A stretch of DNA of 64,000 nt from Planctomycetota bacterium (GCA_965223505.1 CBDCWP010000040.1:128001-192000); one strand, 5' to 3'; counted from the first letter of the stretch, positions 40,801-51,412 are shown. Translations and numbers: made by a program. Notes: a model not told the origin generated them from the letters alone.

Positions 40801-41442
40801 ATGAAGCCGCGTGAGGACCCGCTCGAGATCTTCCGGGACATCGACATCTACCTGCTCGATCAGCTCTTGAAGGGGCGGTTCGAGCCGTCGATGAAGATCC
40901 TGGATGCGGGTTGCGGCGGCGGGCGGAACCTGCGCTACTTCATGCGCGAAGGCTACGACGTCTACGGGGTGGATCCGTCCCCGGGGTCGATCAAGCGGGT
41001 GCGGGAGATGGCCGAGACGTTGGCCCCGACGACGGTGCCGACGAATTTCCGTGTGGCGCACGTGGAGGACAGCGCGTTCGAACCCGGGACGTTCGACGTG
41101 GTGATCTGCAACGCGGTGCTGCACTTCGCGCGGGATCGCGCGCACTTCGAGACGATGCTGCGTGCGATGTGGCAGTTGCTGAAGAAGGGCGGGATCTTCT
41201 TCTGCAGGTTGGCGTCGAGCATCGGGATCGAGAACCAGATCGAGCCGACAAAGAGCGGCCGGTACCGTTTGGGCGACGGAAGCGAGCGCTTTCTGGTGGA
41301 CCTGCCGATGTTGGAGGCGTACACGCAGGAGCTGGGCGGCACGTTGCTGGAGCCGATCAAGAGCGTGAACGTCCAGGGACTGCGCTGCATGACGACGTGG
41401 TGTTTGCGTAGGGGCGGGCCCGAGGGGCCACCCGCCCCGTGA
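40801..41442 (+). CDS. Class I SAM-dependent methyltransferase
   Basis: DIDIYLLDQL, ILDAGCGGGRN, FDVVICNAVLHFA. Confidence 0.9.
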   Translation: MKPREDPLEIFRDIDIYLLDQLLKGRFEPSMKILDAGCGGGRNLRYFMREGYDVYGVDPSPGSIKRVREMAETLAPTTVPTNFRVAHVEDSAFEPGTFDVVICNAVLHFARDRAHFETMLRAMWQLLKKGGIFFCRLASSIGIENQIEPTKSGRYRLGDGSERFLVDLPMLEAYTQELGGTLLEPIKSVNVQGLRCMTTWCLRRGGPEGPPAP

Positions 41443-41512
41443 ACAGCTCGGCACGTCGACGTCGCGTCGCCGCCGGCTGCGTCCATGACGATCGCCGGCC
41501 GGGTTTCCGTGC

Positions 41513-41856
41513 CTACCTGAAGGCGCAGGCCGCGTGTTCCAACACCTGTTCGCCGCCGCGCACCTGGCTCCGCTTCGGCGTCCAACCGCGCTGGAGTCGC
41601 TCCGCCAAGAGCTCGTTGGCGGTCGGACGCCGGTCCCACACGGAGACACCTTTCACCGCGCCGAGTCAGGTCACGTCGTAGACGACGTACACGTTCTCGA
41701 ACCGCATGATCACGTCGTGCGTGAACTCGTCTGTGTGACGACGTCAGCCGGCTTCCCGAGCGAGGGAACGTCGCCCAGGTTGCGGTGTACCGAAACGACG
41801 CGAGTGAGGCGCCGCAATACGTCGTCCGCGATCGTGCCGTGGGCTGGCTCCGTCAT
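41513..41856 (-). pseudogene. Cryptic ~114-codon gene with a 1-nt frameshift and an in-frame TGA (candidate selenoprotein)
   Basis: MTEPAHGT...KPADVVT-(CA, one base missing)-DEFTHDVIMRFENVYVVYDVT-TGA(41666-68)-LGAVKGVSVWDRRPTANELLAERLQRGWTP...HAACAFR-TAG. Confidence 0.6.
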
Positions 41857-41952
41857 GCACGGCATCCGAGTTCGCGGCCGAGCACCCCTCCACCGGTTCC
41901 CTCACCGGGTCTTGACCCGCCACACAACGGCACGTGCGGATGGATGCCCGCG

Positions 41953-42942
41953 CTACCGACCGCGACGCGAGGACAAGTCGGCTGCTTCTCGGGCATATGG
42001 CGCCGCGCCCTCCGTTTCACCCAATTGCCTCAGAACCTCGGCGAGGCCTTCCAACGCATGCTGCAGCGAGTGTTGAAAGGTACAGACGTCCGGCGCGCCG
42101 GCGATCGAGCTCCGGCCCAGCTCGACCGCCACCAGCAAGTGCCGCTTCGCGGACTCGAAGTCTCCACTGCGGGCTGCCGCCTTGCCGGCGCGTCGATGAG
42201 CGACCGCCAAGTGATCGAGCTCGAATGGCTGTCGCGGTACGTTGCCGAACGCGCGGCCATACTCGGTGACGGCCTGGTCGAGGACGCGCTTGGCTTCCCT
42301 CAGTCTTTCGAGTGCGATCAGGACGCGCCCCATCGACGACAGACTCGAAGCGAGGAACTTGTGACCTCCGACACTGTCGTGTACGAGGCCCCTCGCCAGG
42401 GCAACCTGCTCTTGTTGCACCTTCAACGCCCCGTCGAGATCACCCTGGTCATCGAACGCCCAGGCCAGGTACTCCAGTGATCCGGCCAGGTCGTGCCGGC
42501 GCTCGGACTGACTCCGGCCGGCGTCGCGCGCCAGCTGTCGCGCGATGTACACGCCGCGCCGCAGGACCGGGGTGGCGTCTCCGGCGCGCCCCATCCTCAT
42601 CAGCACGCGCCCGACGAGGTCGCACGAGAGGTTCACATCTCGCTTCAGCTCGGAATCCGTCGGGGTGGCGTCGCTCAAGCGTTCGCAGGTCTCGAGGGCC
42701 CGAGCCGCAACGGAGAGCGCTTCATCGAAACGGCCCATGGATACGCAAGCATCTGCAATCCGACGATCGGCCAAGGCGACAAAGCGGGGGGCCTTTGCGT
42801 CGTCCGGGTAACGAACGACGCGCTCCTGTACCCGCTCTCGCATCCGCGTGAACCTCTCGAGCGCCGCGGGAAGGTCCCCCGCCGTCCGGAACGCTTTGCC
42901 CTCTGTCTCGAGCCTCGCAGCCTCTTCGAAGAGCGCGTCCAT
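41953..42942 (-). CDS. Tetratricopeptide-repeat protein
   Basis: Repeated GxxxxAL helical-hairpin units (GRFDEAL, GDLDGAL, GDFESA). Confidence 0.8.
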   Translation of the reverse strand: MDALFEEAARLETEGKAFRTAGDLPAALERFTRMRERVQERVVRYPDDAKAPRFVALADRRIADACVSMGRFDEALSVAARALETCERLSDATPTDSELKRDVNLSCDLVGRVLMRMGRAGDATPVLRRGVYIARQLARDAGRSQSERRHDLAGSLEYLAWAFDDQGDLDGALKVQQEQVALARGLVHDSVGGHKFLASSLSSMGRVLIALERLREAKRVLDQAVTEYGRAFGNVPRQPFELDHLAVAHRRAGKAAARSGDFESAKRHLLVAVELGRSSIAGAPDVCTFQHSLQHALEGLAEVLRQLGETEGAAPYAREAADLSSRRGR

Positions 42943-44250
42943 CTACGTATCCCGTGCACCGACCCGCCGGGCGCGAGCCTTCCCCAACATCACCGCCAGC
43001 GCGAACCAGAACAACGACAGCGGCACCGCGATCGACGACATGATCGCCAGACCCGGTCCGATCGCTTTCGTCGTGAGCGCGGCAACGGCGTCCCCGCCCC
43101 GAATCACGAACGTGTCCACCAGAGCTTTCGCCTTGTACTTCTCCGCTCGACTTACGACCGAGAACAGAGTCTCTCGTGCCGGTCGCGCCACCGCGTACGA
43201 CGTGCCCTTCCGCGTGATCTGCACGATCACCAGCAACACCAGAACCGGCGCGAAGCTCAAGGCCAATAGCCCAACGACTGTCAACACCGGCAGCACGCCG
43301 AGCGTGATCCCGACACCCGCGCGCTGCAACAAGCGGCTCGTCAAGAACAGCTGTAGAAGCAGAGTAAGCCCCTGAGACCCGAAGTTGAGCCACGCGAACA
43401 CCTCGGTGCGCGCCGCCTCGCCCTTCACCTGCGCGTCGATGATCTCACCTTGGAGGAAGTAGAGGACCGTGGAGGTGAACGCGTAGCAGAACAAGTACAG
43501 GCAAAGCCCGAGCAAGTACGGCGACCGGGCAAGCTGGGTCACGCCGTCGATGAACGTCCCGCCCAGCGCCTCCTTCTCATGCGCCTCGTGATGGCGTTCC
43601 GTCGACTCCACCGACTGCGAGAACTTCCGAACACACCGAACGGCGACTTCTAGCAACACCGCCGACCCGATCATCAGGTACGGCACCGCCCCGTCGGCGT
43701 CGAAGCCCTCGATCGACTGCAGCCAGCTCATGAGGGAGGCCGTGCCGAACGACCCCAGGAACGCGCCGATCGTCCCCCCGACGCCGATGTACGCGTACAG
43801 CCGCTTGCCCTGATCCTCGCGGAAGCTGTCCGCCATCAGCTGCCAGAACACCGACACCGCGAACAGGTTGAAGACGCTCACCCACACGTAGAAGACGCGC
43901 CCCACCCAGACGCGCTGCCCCGCGTCCAGCACGAGCAGCAGCGCGAAGAACACGAACAAATTGAGGATGAAGAAGCGGTACACCCACGGGATGAACCGAA
44001 CGCGCGGGAAGCGCGACACGATCGCGCCGTAGATCGGATTCGCCACGAACATCGCGCCGAGCGTGATCAGGAACAACCACGGCAGATTGCGTACGCCGCC
44101 GGCCAGGCCCATCTGCTCGCGCATCGGCCGCAACAGGAAGTAGCCCGACAGGAGAAAGAAGAAGTACGCCGCTGCCCAGAGGACGGCCTTCGTCTCCTTC
44201 TTCTCGACGCGCCCCGTCCGGAGCAACGCCTTCTCGAGCAGACCGATCAC
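42943..44250 (-). CDS. NTP/NDP exchange transporter (TLC/AAA family, MFS-like)
   Basis: YFLLRPMRE, FYVWVSVFNLFAVSVFW, RPARETLF, KYKAKALVDT; about 12 TMs. Confidence 0.88.
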   Translation of the reverse strand: MIGLLEKALLRTGRVEKKETKAVLWAAAYFFFLLSGYFLLRPMREQMGLAGGVRNLPWLFLITLGAMFVANPIYGAIVSRFPRVRFIPWVYRFFILNLFVFFALLLVLDAGQRVWVGRVFYVWVSVFNLFAVSVFWQLMADSFREDQGKRLYAYIGVGGTIGAFLGSFGTASLMSWLQSIEGFDADGAVPYLMIGSAVLLEVAVRCVRKFSQSVESTERHHEAHEKEALGGTFIDGVTQLARSPYLLGLCLYLFCYAFTSTVLYFLQGEIIDAQVKGEAARTEVFAWLNFGSQGLTLLLQLFLTSRLLQRAGVGITLGVLPVLTVVGLLALSFAPVLVLLVIVQITRKGTSYAVARPARETLFSVVSRAEKYKAKALVDTFVIRGGDAVAALTTKAIGPGLAIMSSIAVPLSLFWFALAVMLGKARARRVGARDT

Positions 44251-45389
44251 TTGGACTTCGACGTCTCGTGGAACATGCCGAGCAGCTCCTTCTCACGCGC
44301 GGCCTTCAAACCACGCCAGGGCTTCTGCTTCGGACGCTCGTCCCGGATCCAGGCGGCCGTGTCCGCCGCGGTCTGCGCGATCGGACGGAAGGTGAGGCCT
44401 TTCTCGATCGCGCGTTCCGGACTCACGTACGGCAGCTTGTCGCTCGGAATCCAGAAAGGCACGGACACCTTGTTCTCTTCCATGAACTTCTCGCCCACCC
44501 ACGTGAACTCGCACTGGTGGTTGACGGCGCACTTGCACCCGTGCAGGAACTCCATCAGCGAGACTTCGCCGTCGAAGCCCACGGCGTTGTAGACCCCGGC
44601 CACCTTCTGCTCGATGACGTGGATCATCCATTCGCCGAGGTCACGGACGTCGATCACCTGGAACGGCGTATCGCCGGTGCCGGGCGCGAGAATCTCGCCG
44701 CCGCGCATGACGCGGTTGGGCCAGTAGCTGAAGCGATCGGTCGGATCGCGGGGACCGACGATGAGACCCGGCCGCGGCACGCACACGCGGCCCGGCATCG
44801 CCGCCATCGCCGCGTTCTCGCACAGCACCTTCAGCGGACCGTAGCTCTCTCCGGTGACCTTTTCCGTCGTCTCGTCTTCGATCGTTCCGGTCGGCGAGCT
44901 CTCGTCGATCGGATGGTTGTCTCGCCCGAACCCGGGATAGACGGAGATCGTCGAGATCAGCTCGTAGAAGTCGACGTTGTCCTTCAGGATGTCGGTGGCC
45001 TCGCGAACCACGCGCGGGTAGTACGCGGACGTGTCGATGACCGCGTCCCATTTGCGGCCCTTCAGCGCGTCGAGGTCCCCCTTCTTGCGGTCGCCGCGCA
45101 GCTTCTCCAGATTCGGGAACAGGTGCGGATTGGTCTTGCCGCGATTGAAGAGGGTCATCGAGTGGCCGCGCGCCAGCGCTGCGTTGACGGCGGCAGGCCC
45201 CAGGAACCCCGTGCCGCCCAGAATGAGCAGGTCGAGCTTCTTGGGGGCCGGATCGGGCGTATCGGGTGCCTTCTCGTCGTCCGCGCGGGCGCGCCGCGCC
45301 CCGGCCAGTGTCAGCCCCACGCCGGCCGCCACCGTCATCCCCAGCAGCTCCCGCCGCGTCGCGCCGCGGCTCTTCGACTCGTCCTGCAT
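44247..45389 (-). CDS. Tat-exported NAD-dependent epimerase/dehydratase (isoflavone-reductase-like)
   Basis: TRRELL Tat motif; LILGGTGFLG, FNRG, YGPLK, RPGLIVGP. Confidence 0.9.
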   Translation of the reverse strand: MQDESKSRGATRRELLGMTVAAGVGLTLAGARRARADDEKAPDTPDPAPKKLDLLILGGTGFLGPAAVNAALARGHSMTLFNRGKTNPHLFPNLEKLRGDRKKGDLDALKGRKWDAVIDTSAYYPRVVREATDILKDNVDFYELISTISVYPGFGRDNHPIDESSPTGTIEDETTEKVTGESYGPLKVLCENAAMAAMPGRVCVPRPGLIVGPRDPTDRFSYWPNRVMRGGEILAPGTGDTPFQVIDVRDLGEWMIHVIEQKVAGVYNAVGFDGEVSLMEFLHGCKCAVNHQCEFTWVGEKFMEENKVSVPFWIPSDKLPYVSPERAIEKGLTFRPIAQTAADTAAWIRDERPKQKPWRGLKAAREKELLGMFHETSKSK

Positions 45390-45502
45390 CGCTCGACCTC
45401 CCTGGCCGGCGCAGCGTACCCCGGATCGAAGGAGGTAGGGGGTTCGCCGTCGGGCGCACGGACGGTACAACGGGCGGCTTGCAATTCGGGGGTGAGGATC
45501 AG

Positions 45503-48061
45503 ATGACGTACGAGTACGAGACCGCGGCGAGCCACTGCTGCGCACGGCACGCGGGTGACTTCACCCTGCCGGGCGCCAAGGCACACTACCCGCCGGACAT
45601 CCAGCTCGAGCCGGTGCATCTCGACATCGCCCTGCGCTTCGACATCCCCGCCGCGGCGGCCGAGGGTGTCGCGACCCACATCATTCGCGCGCGGCGGTCG
45701 GGCCACACCCATCTGCGGCTGCACGCGGTCGACCTCGACGTGCAGAGCGTCACCGACGTCGACGGACGGGACGTTTCGCACCGCTACGACGGGCGCGAGA
45801 TCCACATCGACTGGGCCGACGCGTTCGACGCGGGCGAGGAGCGCAGGCTCGCTGTCGCTTACCGGGTCCAGGGTCCCTCCACGGGCATGTACTTCTCGTC
45901 CCCCGACGACGCCTACCCGGAGCGGCCCTTCTACGTCGCAACCGACAACGAGACTGAACGCGCTCGGCACTGGCTGCCGACCGTCGATCTGCCCACCGTG
46001 CGACCGACGCTCGAATTCCACCTCACCGCCGATGCGGCCTACGAGATCCTCGCCAACGGCGCGCTCGTCGAAGAGACCGCCAACGACGACGGGACCAAGA
46101 CCGCCCATTGGAAGCTCGAGCAGCCGTGTCCGAGCTACCTCACCTGCATCTCGATCGGCGACTACGTCCGGTTCGACGACGAGCCGTACAACGGCATCCC
46201 GGTCGCGTACTTCACCAGCAAGGACTTCACGCCTGACGACCTACAGCGTTCGTTCGGCCGAACGCGCGACATGCTCGCGTGGATCTCGGAGAAGCTCGAC
46301 TTTCCCTTTCCGTACCCGAAGTACTTCCAGTTCGGCCTGCCCTACTACGGCGGCGCCATGGAGAACATCTCGCTCGTCGCGTGGGACGACGTGTTCGTCC
46401 TCGACGAGAACCTGGCGAAGGAGTGGACCTGGTTGGTGGACCAGATCAACATCCACGAGATGGCGCACAGCTACTTCGGCGACCTGATCGTGTGCCGCGA
46501 CTTCGCGCATGCCTGGTTGAAGGAAAGCTGGGCTACCTACATCGAGACGCTCTGGCTGGAGCACTCCAAGGGCGTCGACGAGCGCGATTACGACTTCTAC
46601 ACCAACGTCATGGCGTACGCGCACGAAGCCGACGAGGTCTACCAGCGACCGATCGTCACGCGGGAGTTCAACCACTCCTGGCAGATGTACGACCGACACC
46701 TGTATCCGGGCGGCGCCGCGCGCATGCACATGCTGCGCAAGGAGCTGGGCGACGACACGTTCTTCGCCGGCGTGCGCGAATACGTGAAGCGCTTCGCGTA
46801 CAAGGTCGTCGAGACCGCCGACTACCGGCGCACGCTCGAAGAGGTCTCGGGACGCTCGCTCGTGAAGTGGTTCGACCAGTGGATCCACGGCAAGGGGTAC
46901 CCGAAGCTCAAGGCCTCGTTCTCCTTCGACAAGAAGAAGGGCGAGGGCACGTTCTCCATCGAGCAGACCCAGGTCGACGAGAAGCAGGGCGTCGGCGCCT
47001 TCGACATGCCGCTCGACATCGGCTGGGTCGTCGGAGGCAAGCTCGAGACGCGCACCGTTCAGCTGGAGAAGGCGAAGCACACGTTCGTGATCCGCAGCGA
47101 AGCGGAACCGGAACAGGTCCGCATCGATCCGCACAACCGGTCGGTCTTCACGCTCGAGTTCGATCCCGGCCGCGACAAGCTCGCGAAGCAGATCACCGAC
47201 GCGCCGGACGTGATCGGACGCATTCGCGCCGGCAGCGAGCTGGCGAAGGACGGCAGCGCCAAGAACGTGGCGACCGTGAAGGACGCGTACATGCGCGAGC
47301 CGTTCTGGGGCGTGCGTGTTCGTTTCGCCGAGGCGCTGGCGAAGGCGGGCTCGCAAGCCGCCCTCGACGCGCTGGCGGAGATCATCGGGCACGAGCAGGA
47401 TGGTCTGGTGCTCGAGCCGCTGCTGCGCCACGTGGCGAAGCACCGCGATGAAGGCATCGCGAAGGCGATCGAAGCGCGCCTCGACGCCGGGTTCGGCATG
47501 TACCGCGCGACCCAGGCCGCGTACGAGGCCTTGGGTGCGCAGCGCGAGAACGCGCCGATGCAGCGGCTGATCGGCGCCGCGACGCAGTGCGATCCGTACG
47601 GCTTCGATCAGACGGGGGCGTTTCGCGGCCTCGCGGCCTCGCGGAACGAGGAGGCGGCAAAGCACCTGCTGGCACGGATTCCGTACGGCGCGACGTCGAA
47701 CCGCTCGCGGCCGTTCGCGCTGCACGCCCTCGGGGGTCTGGGTCGGCTACAGGAGAAGCGCGTGCGCGAGCAGATCGTCGAGCAGCTCGTGGACGGACTG
47801 CGCGATCCCGTGGATCGCGTTCGCGACGCGGCGGTCACGGCGCTGAAGTTCGCCGGGGCGCCGGAGGCGATCGCGGCGCTCGAGGCGTACGGCAAGAGCG
47901 TGTCGGACCAGGATCGCGTCGCGGTCGATCGCGCGGTCGGGGCGATTCGCGCGGCGCAGAAGCCGAGTGCGGCGTCGCAGGAGAAGGCGCTGGAGGAGCT
48001 CCGCGACAAGTTGCGCAAGCTCGAGGAAACGGTCGGCAAGCTCGAGGCGAAGATGCAGTAG
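45503..48061 (+). CDS. pepN: M1 family aminopeptidase N with C-terminal HEAT repeats
   Basis: GGAMEN, HEMAH-x18-E, YPGG; HEAT repeats and coiled-coil tail. Confidence 0.93.
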   Translation: MTYEYETAASHCCARHAGDFTLPGAKAHYPPDIQLEPVHLDIALRFDIPAAAAEGVATHIIRARRSGHTHLRLHAVDLDVQSVTDVDGRDVSHRYDGREIHIDWADAFDAGEERRLAVAYRVQGPSTGMYFSSPDDAYPERPFYVATDNETERARHWLPTVDLPTVRPTLEFHLTADAAYEILANGALVEETANDDGTKTAHWKLEQPCPSYLTCISIGDYVRFDDEPYNGIPVAYFTSKDFTPDDLQRSFGRTRDMLAWISEKLDFPFPYPKYFQFGLPYYGGAMENISLVAWDDVFVLDENLAKEWTWLVDQINIHEMAHSYFGDLIVCRDFAHAWLKESWATYIETLWLEHSKGVDERDYDFYTNVMAYAHEADEVYQRPIVTREFNHSWQMYDRHLYPGGAARMHMLRKELGDDTFFAGVREYVKRFAYKVVETADYRRTLEEVSGRSLVKWFDQWIHGKGYPKLKASFSFDKKKGEGTFSIEQTQVDEKQGVGAFDMPLDIGWVVGGKLETRTVQLEKAKHTFVIRSEAEPEQVRIDPHNRSVFTLEFDPGRDKLAKQITDAPDVIGRIRAGSELAKDGSAKNVATVKDAYMREPFWGVRVRFAEALAKAGSQAALDALAEIIGHEQDGLVLEPLLRHVAKHRDEGIAKAIEARLDAGFGMYRATQAAYEALGAQRENAPMQRLIGAATQCDPYGFDQTGAFRGLAASRNEEAAKHLLARIPYGATSNRSRPFALHALGGLGRLQEKRVREQIVEQLVDGLRDPVDRVRDAAVTALKFAGAPEAIAALEAYGKSVSDQDRVAVDRAVGAIRAAQKPSAASQEKALEELRDKLRKLEETVGKLEAKMQ

Positions 48062-48294
48062 GGGCGACCCTCGTGGTCGCCCAATGGCGTGTGTCTTGGC
48101 GCTACGGGTTGGGCAGCCACAAGGGCGCCCCTACGGGGAATCGTCACGTGGACGTGAACGTGCACCTGAACGTGCACGACACCCCTGACCGCAAGGCGGT
48201 GAACGCAGGTGCGGAGGTAGGGGCGACCCTCGTGGTCGCCCAATGGCGTGTGTCTTGGCGTTACGGGTTGGGCAGCCACAAGGGCTGCCCCTAC
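48058..48294. repeat. Two GTAG-type REP doublets (REPIN/BIME-like)
   Basis: GTAGGGGCGACCCTCGTGGTCGCCC-spacer-GGGCAGCCACAAGGG(CG/CTG)CCCCTAC at 48058-48134 and 48217-48294, with nearly identical spacers. Confidence 0.9.
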
Positions 48295-48306
48295 AGGGTC
48301 GCGCAA

Positions 48307-49575
48307 CTAGTTCCCGGTGACCACCGGCGGACGCTCGTCCGGATCGTCGAACAGCTCCGGATGGCGCAGCTTCTCCGTCTTCCACCAGTCGTGCCACTTG
48401 CGCTTGTGCGTGCCCATCGTCTCGCCCGTGATCTTACGCAGTGTCCACGAGATCCAAATGCCCGCCGCGCGGTCGTTGAGACGGTTGATCAGCTCGGGAA
48501 CGGCGTAGTAGCCCATCTTGAGCAGGGCTTTGTGCGCCGGCATCTGCGCGCGGTACTCGAACTTGAAGCGGTTCATCTTGAAGACCAGCGGCGGCACCGC
48601 GCGGCTGCTCTTCTTGTTCGACAGCAGCTCGATCACGTGATTGTGGTAGCCGAAGTCCTTGACGTAGATGACCTCCCCGAGCGCCGCGATCCCCGGCCCC
48701 CCCATCTCGTCGAGATGCGTGATGATCTTCAACGAGAGCTTGCGGATCTTCAACTCGTGAAACTCGCGAATGGCCCGCATGAAGGGCTTCTCGGGCTCTT
48801 CCTTCTCCGGCTTCTCGAGGCAGCGGTAGATGACGTCGAGCGCGTTCTCCCAGTGCTTCTCCTTGCTCGTGCTCGCGTAACGGCCCATCTCGCGCGCGAC
48901 CCGGCTCGTCCCGACGATCGCGAGCGCTTCGTGAACGCCGTCGCGCGCGTTCTCGTCCTGCTCCTTCTTGAACAGGTCGAACAGCTGCGGTAACGCGAGG
49001 ACGCCGCCCTTCTTGGCCATCTGCCGCGCGAGGGAAGCTCGCCCCGTCGGCGAGTCGGTCTCGTCGTAGAGCTTGCGGATGCGCTTGCACCAGGGACCGA
49101 TGCGTTCGCCGTCCGTCGGCGGCGGCGCATGGATCTCCGGCTCCTCCTCCTCGGGCTTCTTCTCGCCGGGCTGCTCGGGGTCGATCGGATCGCCCCACGG
49201 AGCTTCCCCGTCGGCGCCCTTCTTCTTCGCCGCGTCCTCGTCCTTGCCGACCTCGACGTGCTCGAGCACGCGCTTGGCGAACGTCTCGCCGTCTTCGATC
49301 TCCTCGAGGTTGCGCTCGATGCGGCTCTTCAACCCGGCGGAGATGGGGTCGGCCTTGGCCGCCTCCTCGAAGATCCGGCGGGCCTCCTTCAGGTTCAGCA
49401 GGCCCTTCTTGATGCGCTTCGGGTCGTCCATCGCGCTGCCGGCGTCGATCTGGGAGAACCCCAGCTCCTTGAGCGTGGTGGCCCGCTCGAGCGGATCCTC
49501 GTCGCTCGCCGCGGCCGGAGCCGCCAGCAGGGCCACGCCAACCAGCGCCCAGAGCAGGAGTTGCGGTCGGCTCAT
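48307..49575 (-). CDS. Exported hypothetical protein with HEAT-like repeats
   Basis: Signal peptide; LPQLFDL, RAVPPLV, AVPELINRL; terminal WHDWW. Confidence 0.75.
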   Translation of the reverse strand: MSRPQLLLWALVGVALLAAPAAASDEDPLERATTLKELGFSQIDAGSAMDDPKRIKKGLLNLKEARRIFEEAAKADPISAGLKSRIERNLEEIEDGETFAKRVLEHVEVGKDEDAAKKKGADGEAPWGDPIDPEQPGEKKPEEEEPEIHAPPPTDGERIGPWCKRIRKLYDETDSPTGRASLARQMAKKGGVLALPQLFDLFKKEQDENARDGVHEALAIVGTSRVAREMGRYASTSKEKHWENALDVIYRCLEKPEKEEPEKPFMRAIREFHELKIRKLSLKIITHLDEMGGPGIAALGEVIYVKDFGYHNHVIELLSNKKSSRAVPPLVFKMNRFKFEYRAQMPAHKALLKMGYYAVPELINRLNDRAAGIWISWTLRKITGETMGTHKRKWHDWWKTEKLRHPELFDDPDERPPVVTGN

Positions 49576-49757
49576 GTCGTCCACGCTACCACCTCGGCCC
49601 CCGCGCACAATCCGGACACCCGAAACCGTGGGTTCAAACGTCCGATCGAGGCCCTTTGCGCAGGCTGGGCGGGCGGGCCCCGCGCAGGCCTTCCATGCGT
49701 CGGAACCGGGCGGCAGAATCCCGGCGCCGGGCGGGTCCCGGCGGCTGAAGGAGCACG

Positions 49758-51341
49758 ATGAGCACCTATCGGATTCTGGTCGCGGACGAGCTGGCGCCGG
49801 AAGGCATGGCGATCCTCGAAGAAGCGGCCGACGTGACGATTCGCACGGGCATGGACGAGGACGCGTTGCGCGAAGCGTTGCCGCCCTACCACGCGCTCGT
49901 CGTGCGCTCCGCCACCAAGCCGACGGCGCGCAGCCTCGAGCTCGCAGAGAACCTCACGGTGATCGGACGGGCCGGCATCGGCATCGACAACATCGACCTG
50001 AAGGCGGCGACGGAGCGCGGCATCGTCGTGATGAACACGCCGGAGGCGAACGCCGTCACGACCGGCGAGCTGGCGCTCTCGTTGATGATGAGCCTCGCGC
50101 GCAACATCGCCGCGGCGGACGCGTCGATGAAGGCCGGCCGCTGGGACAAGAAGCAGCTCATCGGCACGGAGCTTCGCGGACAGCGCCTGGGCGTGCTCGG
50201 CCTGGGGAAGATCGGCACCGTGGTCGCCACGCGCGCGCTCGGCCTCAAGATGCACGTCGGCGCCTTCGACCCGAACGTCTCGCAGGAGGACGCGCCGGAA
50301 GGCGTGCGCATGGTGACCTTGGACGAGCTGCTCGAGCGCAGCGACTTCCTCACCGTCCACGTGCCACTCAACGATCACACACGCCACCTGCTGAACGCGG
50401 AGCGGTTGGCGAAGATGAAGAAGGGCGCGCGCTTGATCCACGCCGCGCGCGGCGGCGTCGTCGACGACAACGCCCTCATCGAGGCGCTCGAGTCGGGTCA
50501 TCTGTCCGGCGCCGCGCTCGACGTGTACGAGACGGAGCCGCTGCCGGAAGACCACCCTTTCCGATCGATGGCCAACGTCGTGTTGACGCCGCACCTCGGC
50601 GCGAGCACCAACGAAGCGAAGCGCAACGTCTCCATCGAGATGGCGCGCCAAATCGTGACGTGCCTGCAGACCGGCGTGGCGTTGAACGGCGTCAATGTGC
50701 CGCGCATCCCGCCGAGCGAGGTGAACCGCCTTGCGCCGTTCCTGGCGCTGTCGCGCAACCTGGCATCGTTCCTCGTGCAGATCTTCCCCGGCAAGCTCGA
50801 GTCGCTGCGACTCACCTGCCAGGGCGAGCTGCCGGAGATGGCGACACAGGCGCTGAGCCTGGAGATGCTGGGCGGGGCGCTCAACGTCCTTGCGGACCGG
50901 CCGGTGACACCCGTGAACGCCGAGGCGATCGCCGAGTCGATGGGCGTTCGCGTGCACAGCGAGTCGTCGACGCTCAAACGCGACTTCCTCAACCTCATTC
51001 GGATCGAGGCGCTGGTCGACGGTGAGCGCCACTTCATCACCGGCACGGTCCTGGGTAACCGACACGGTCGGATGGTGCAGCTCGACAAGTTCCTGCTCGA
51101 CGCGATTCCCGAGGGCCCGCTCCTGGTGATCTTCCATCACGACAAGCCGGGCGTGATCGGCGCGATCGGCTCGATCCTGGGCGACGAGAACGTGAACATC
51201 TCGCGCCTGCAGCTGGGCGCGCCGCCCAACGGCGGTCCGGCGCTGGGCATCCTCAATCTGTCGACGCCGGTCGAAGACGGCGTCCTGCAGCGCATCCGCG
51301 ACCTGGCGAGCATCGACAGCGCGTACGCGGTCGTCGCGTAG
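49758..51341 (+). CDS. serA: D-3-phosphoglycerate dehydrogenase
   Basis: VVRSAT, GRAGIGIDNID, GLGKIG, TPHLGAST; ASB and ACT domains. Confidence 0.96.
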   Translation: MSTYRILVADELAPEGMAILEEAADVTIRTGMDEDALREALPPYHALVVRSATKPTARSLELAENLTVIGRAGIGIDNIDLKAATERGIVVMNTPEANAVTTGELALSLMMSLARNIAAADASMKAGRWDKKQLIGTELRGQRLGVLGLGKIGTVVATRALGLKMHVGAFDPNVSQEDAPEGVRMVTLDELLERSDFLTVHVPLNDHTRHLLNAERLAKMKKGARLIHAARGGVVDDNALIEALESGHLSGAALDVYETEPLPEDHPFRSMANVVLTPHLGASTNEAKRNVSIEMARQIVTCLQTGVALNGVNVPRIPPSEVNRLAPFLALSRNLASFLVQIFPGKLESLRLTCQGELPEMATQALSLEMLGGALNVLADRPVTPVNAEAIAESMGVRVHSESSTLKRDFLNLIRIEALVDGERHFITGTVLGNRHGRMVQLDKFLLDAIPEGPLLVIFHHDKPGVIGAIGSILGDENVNISRLQLGAPPNGGPALGILNLSTPVEDGVLQRIRDLASIDSAYAVVA

Positions 51342-51412
51342 GGGCGACCGCCCGCGAATGACCTGGTGCGTTCGTCCCTGACCGCGGCGCGAGCGGTGTC
51401 CAGTCCCACCCC

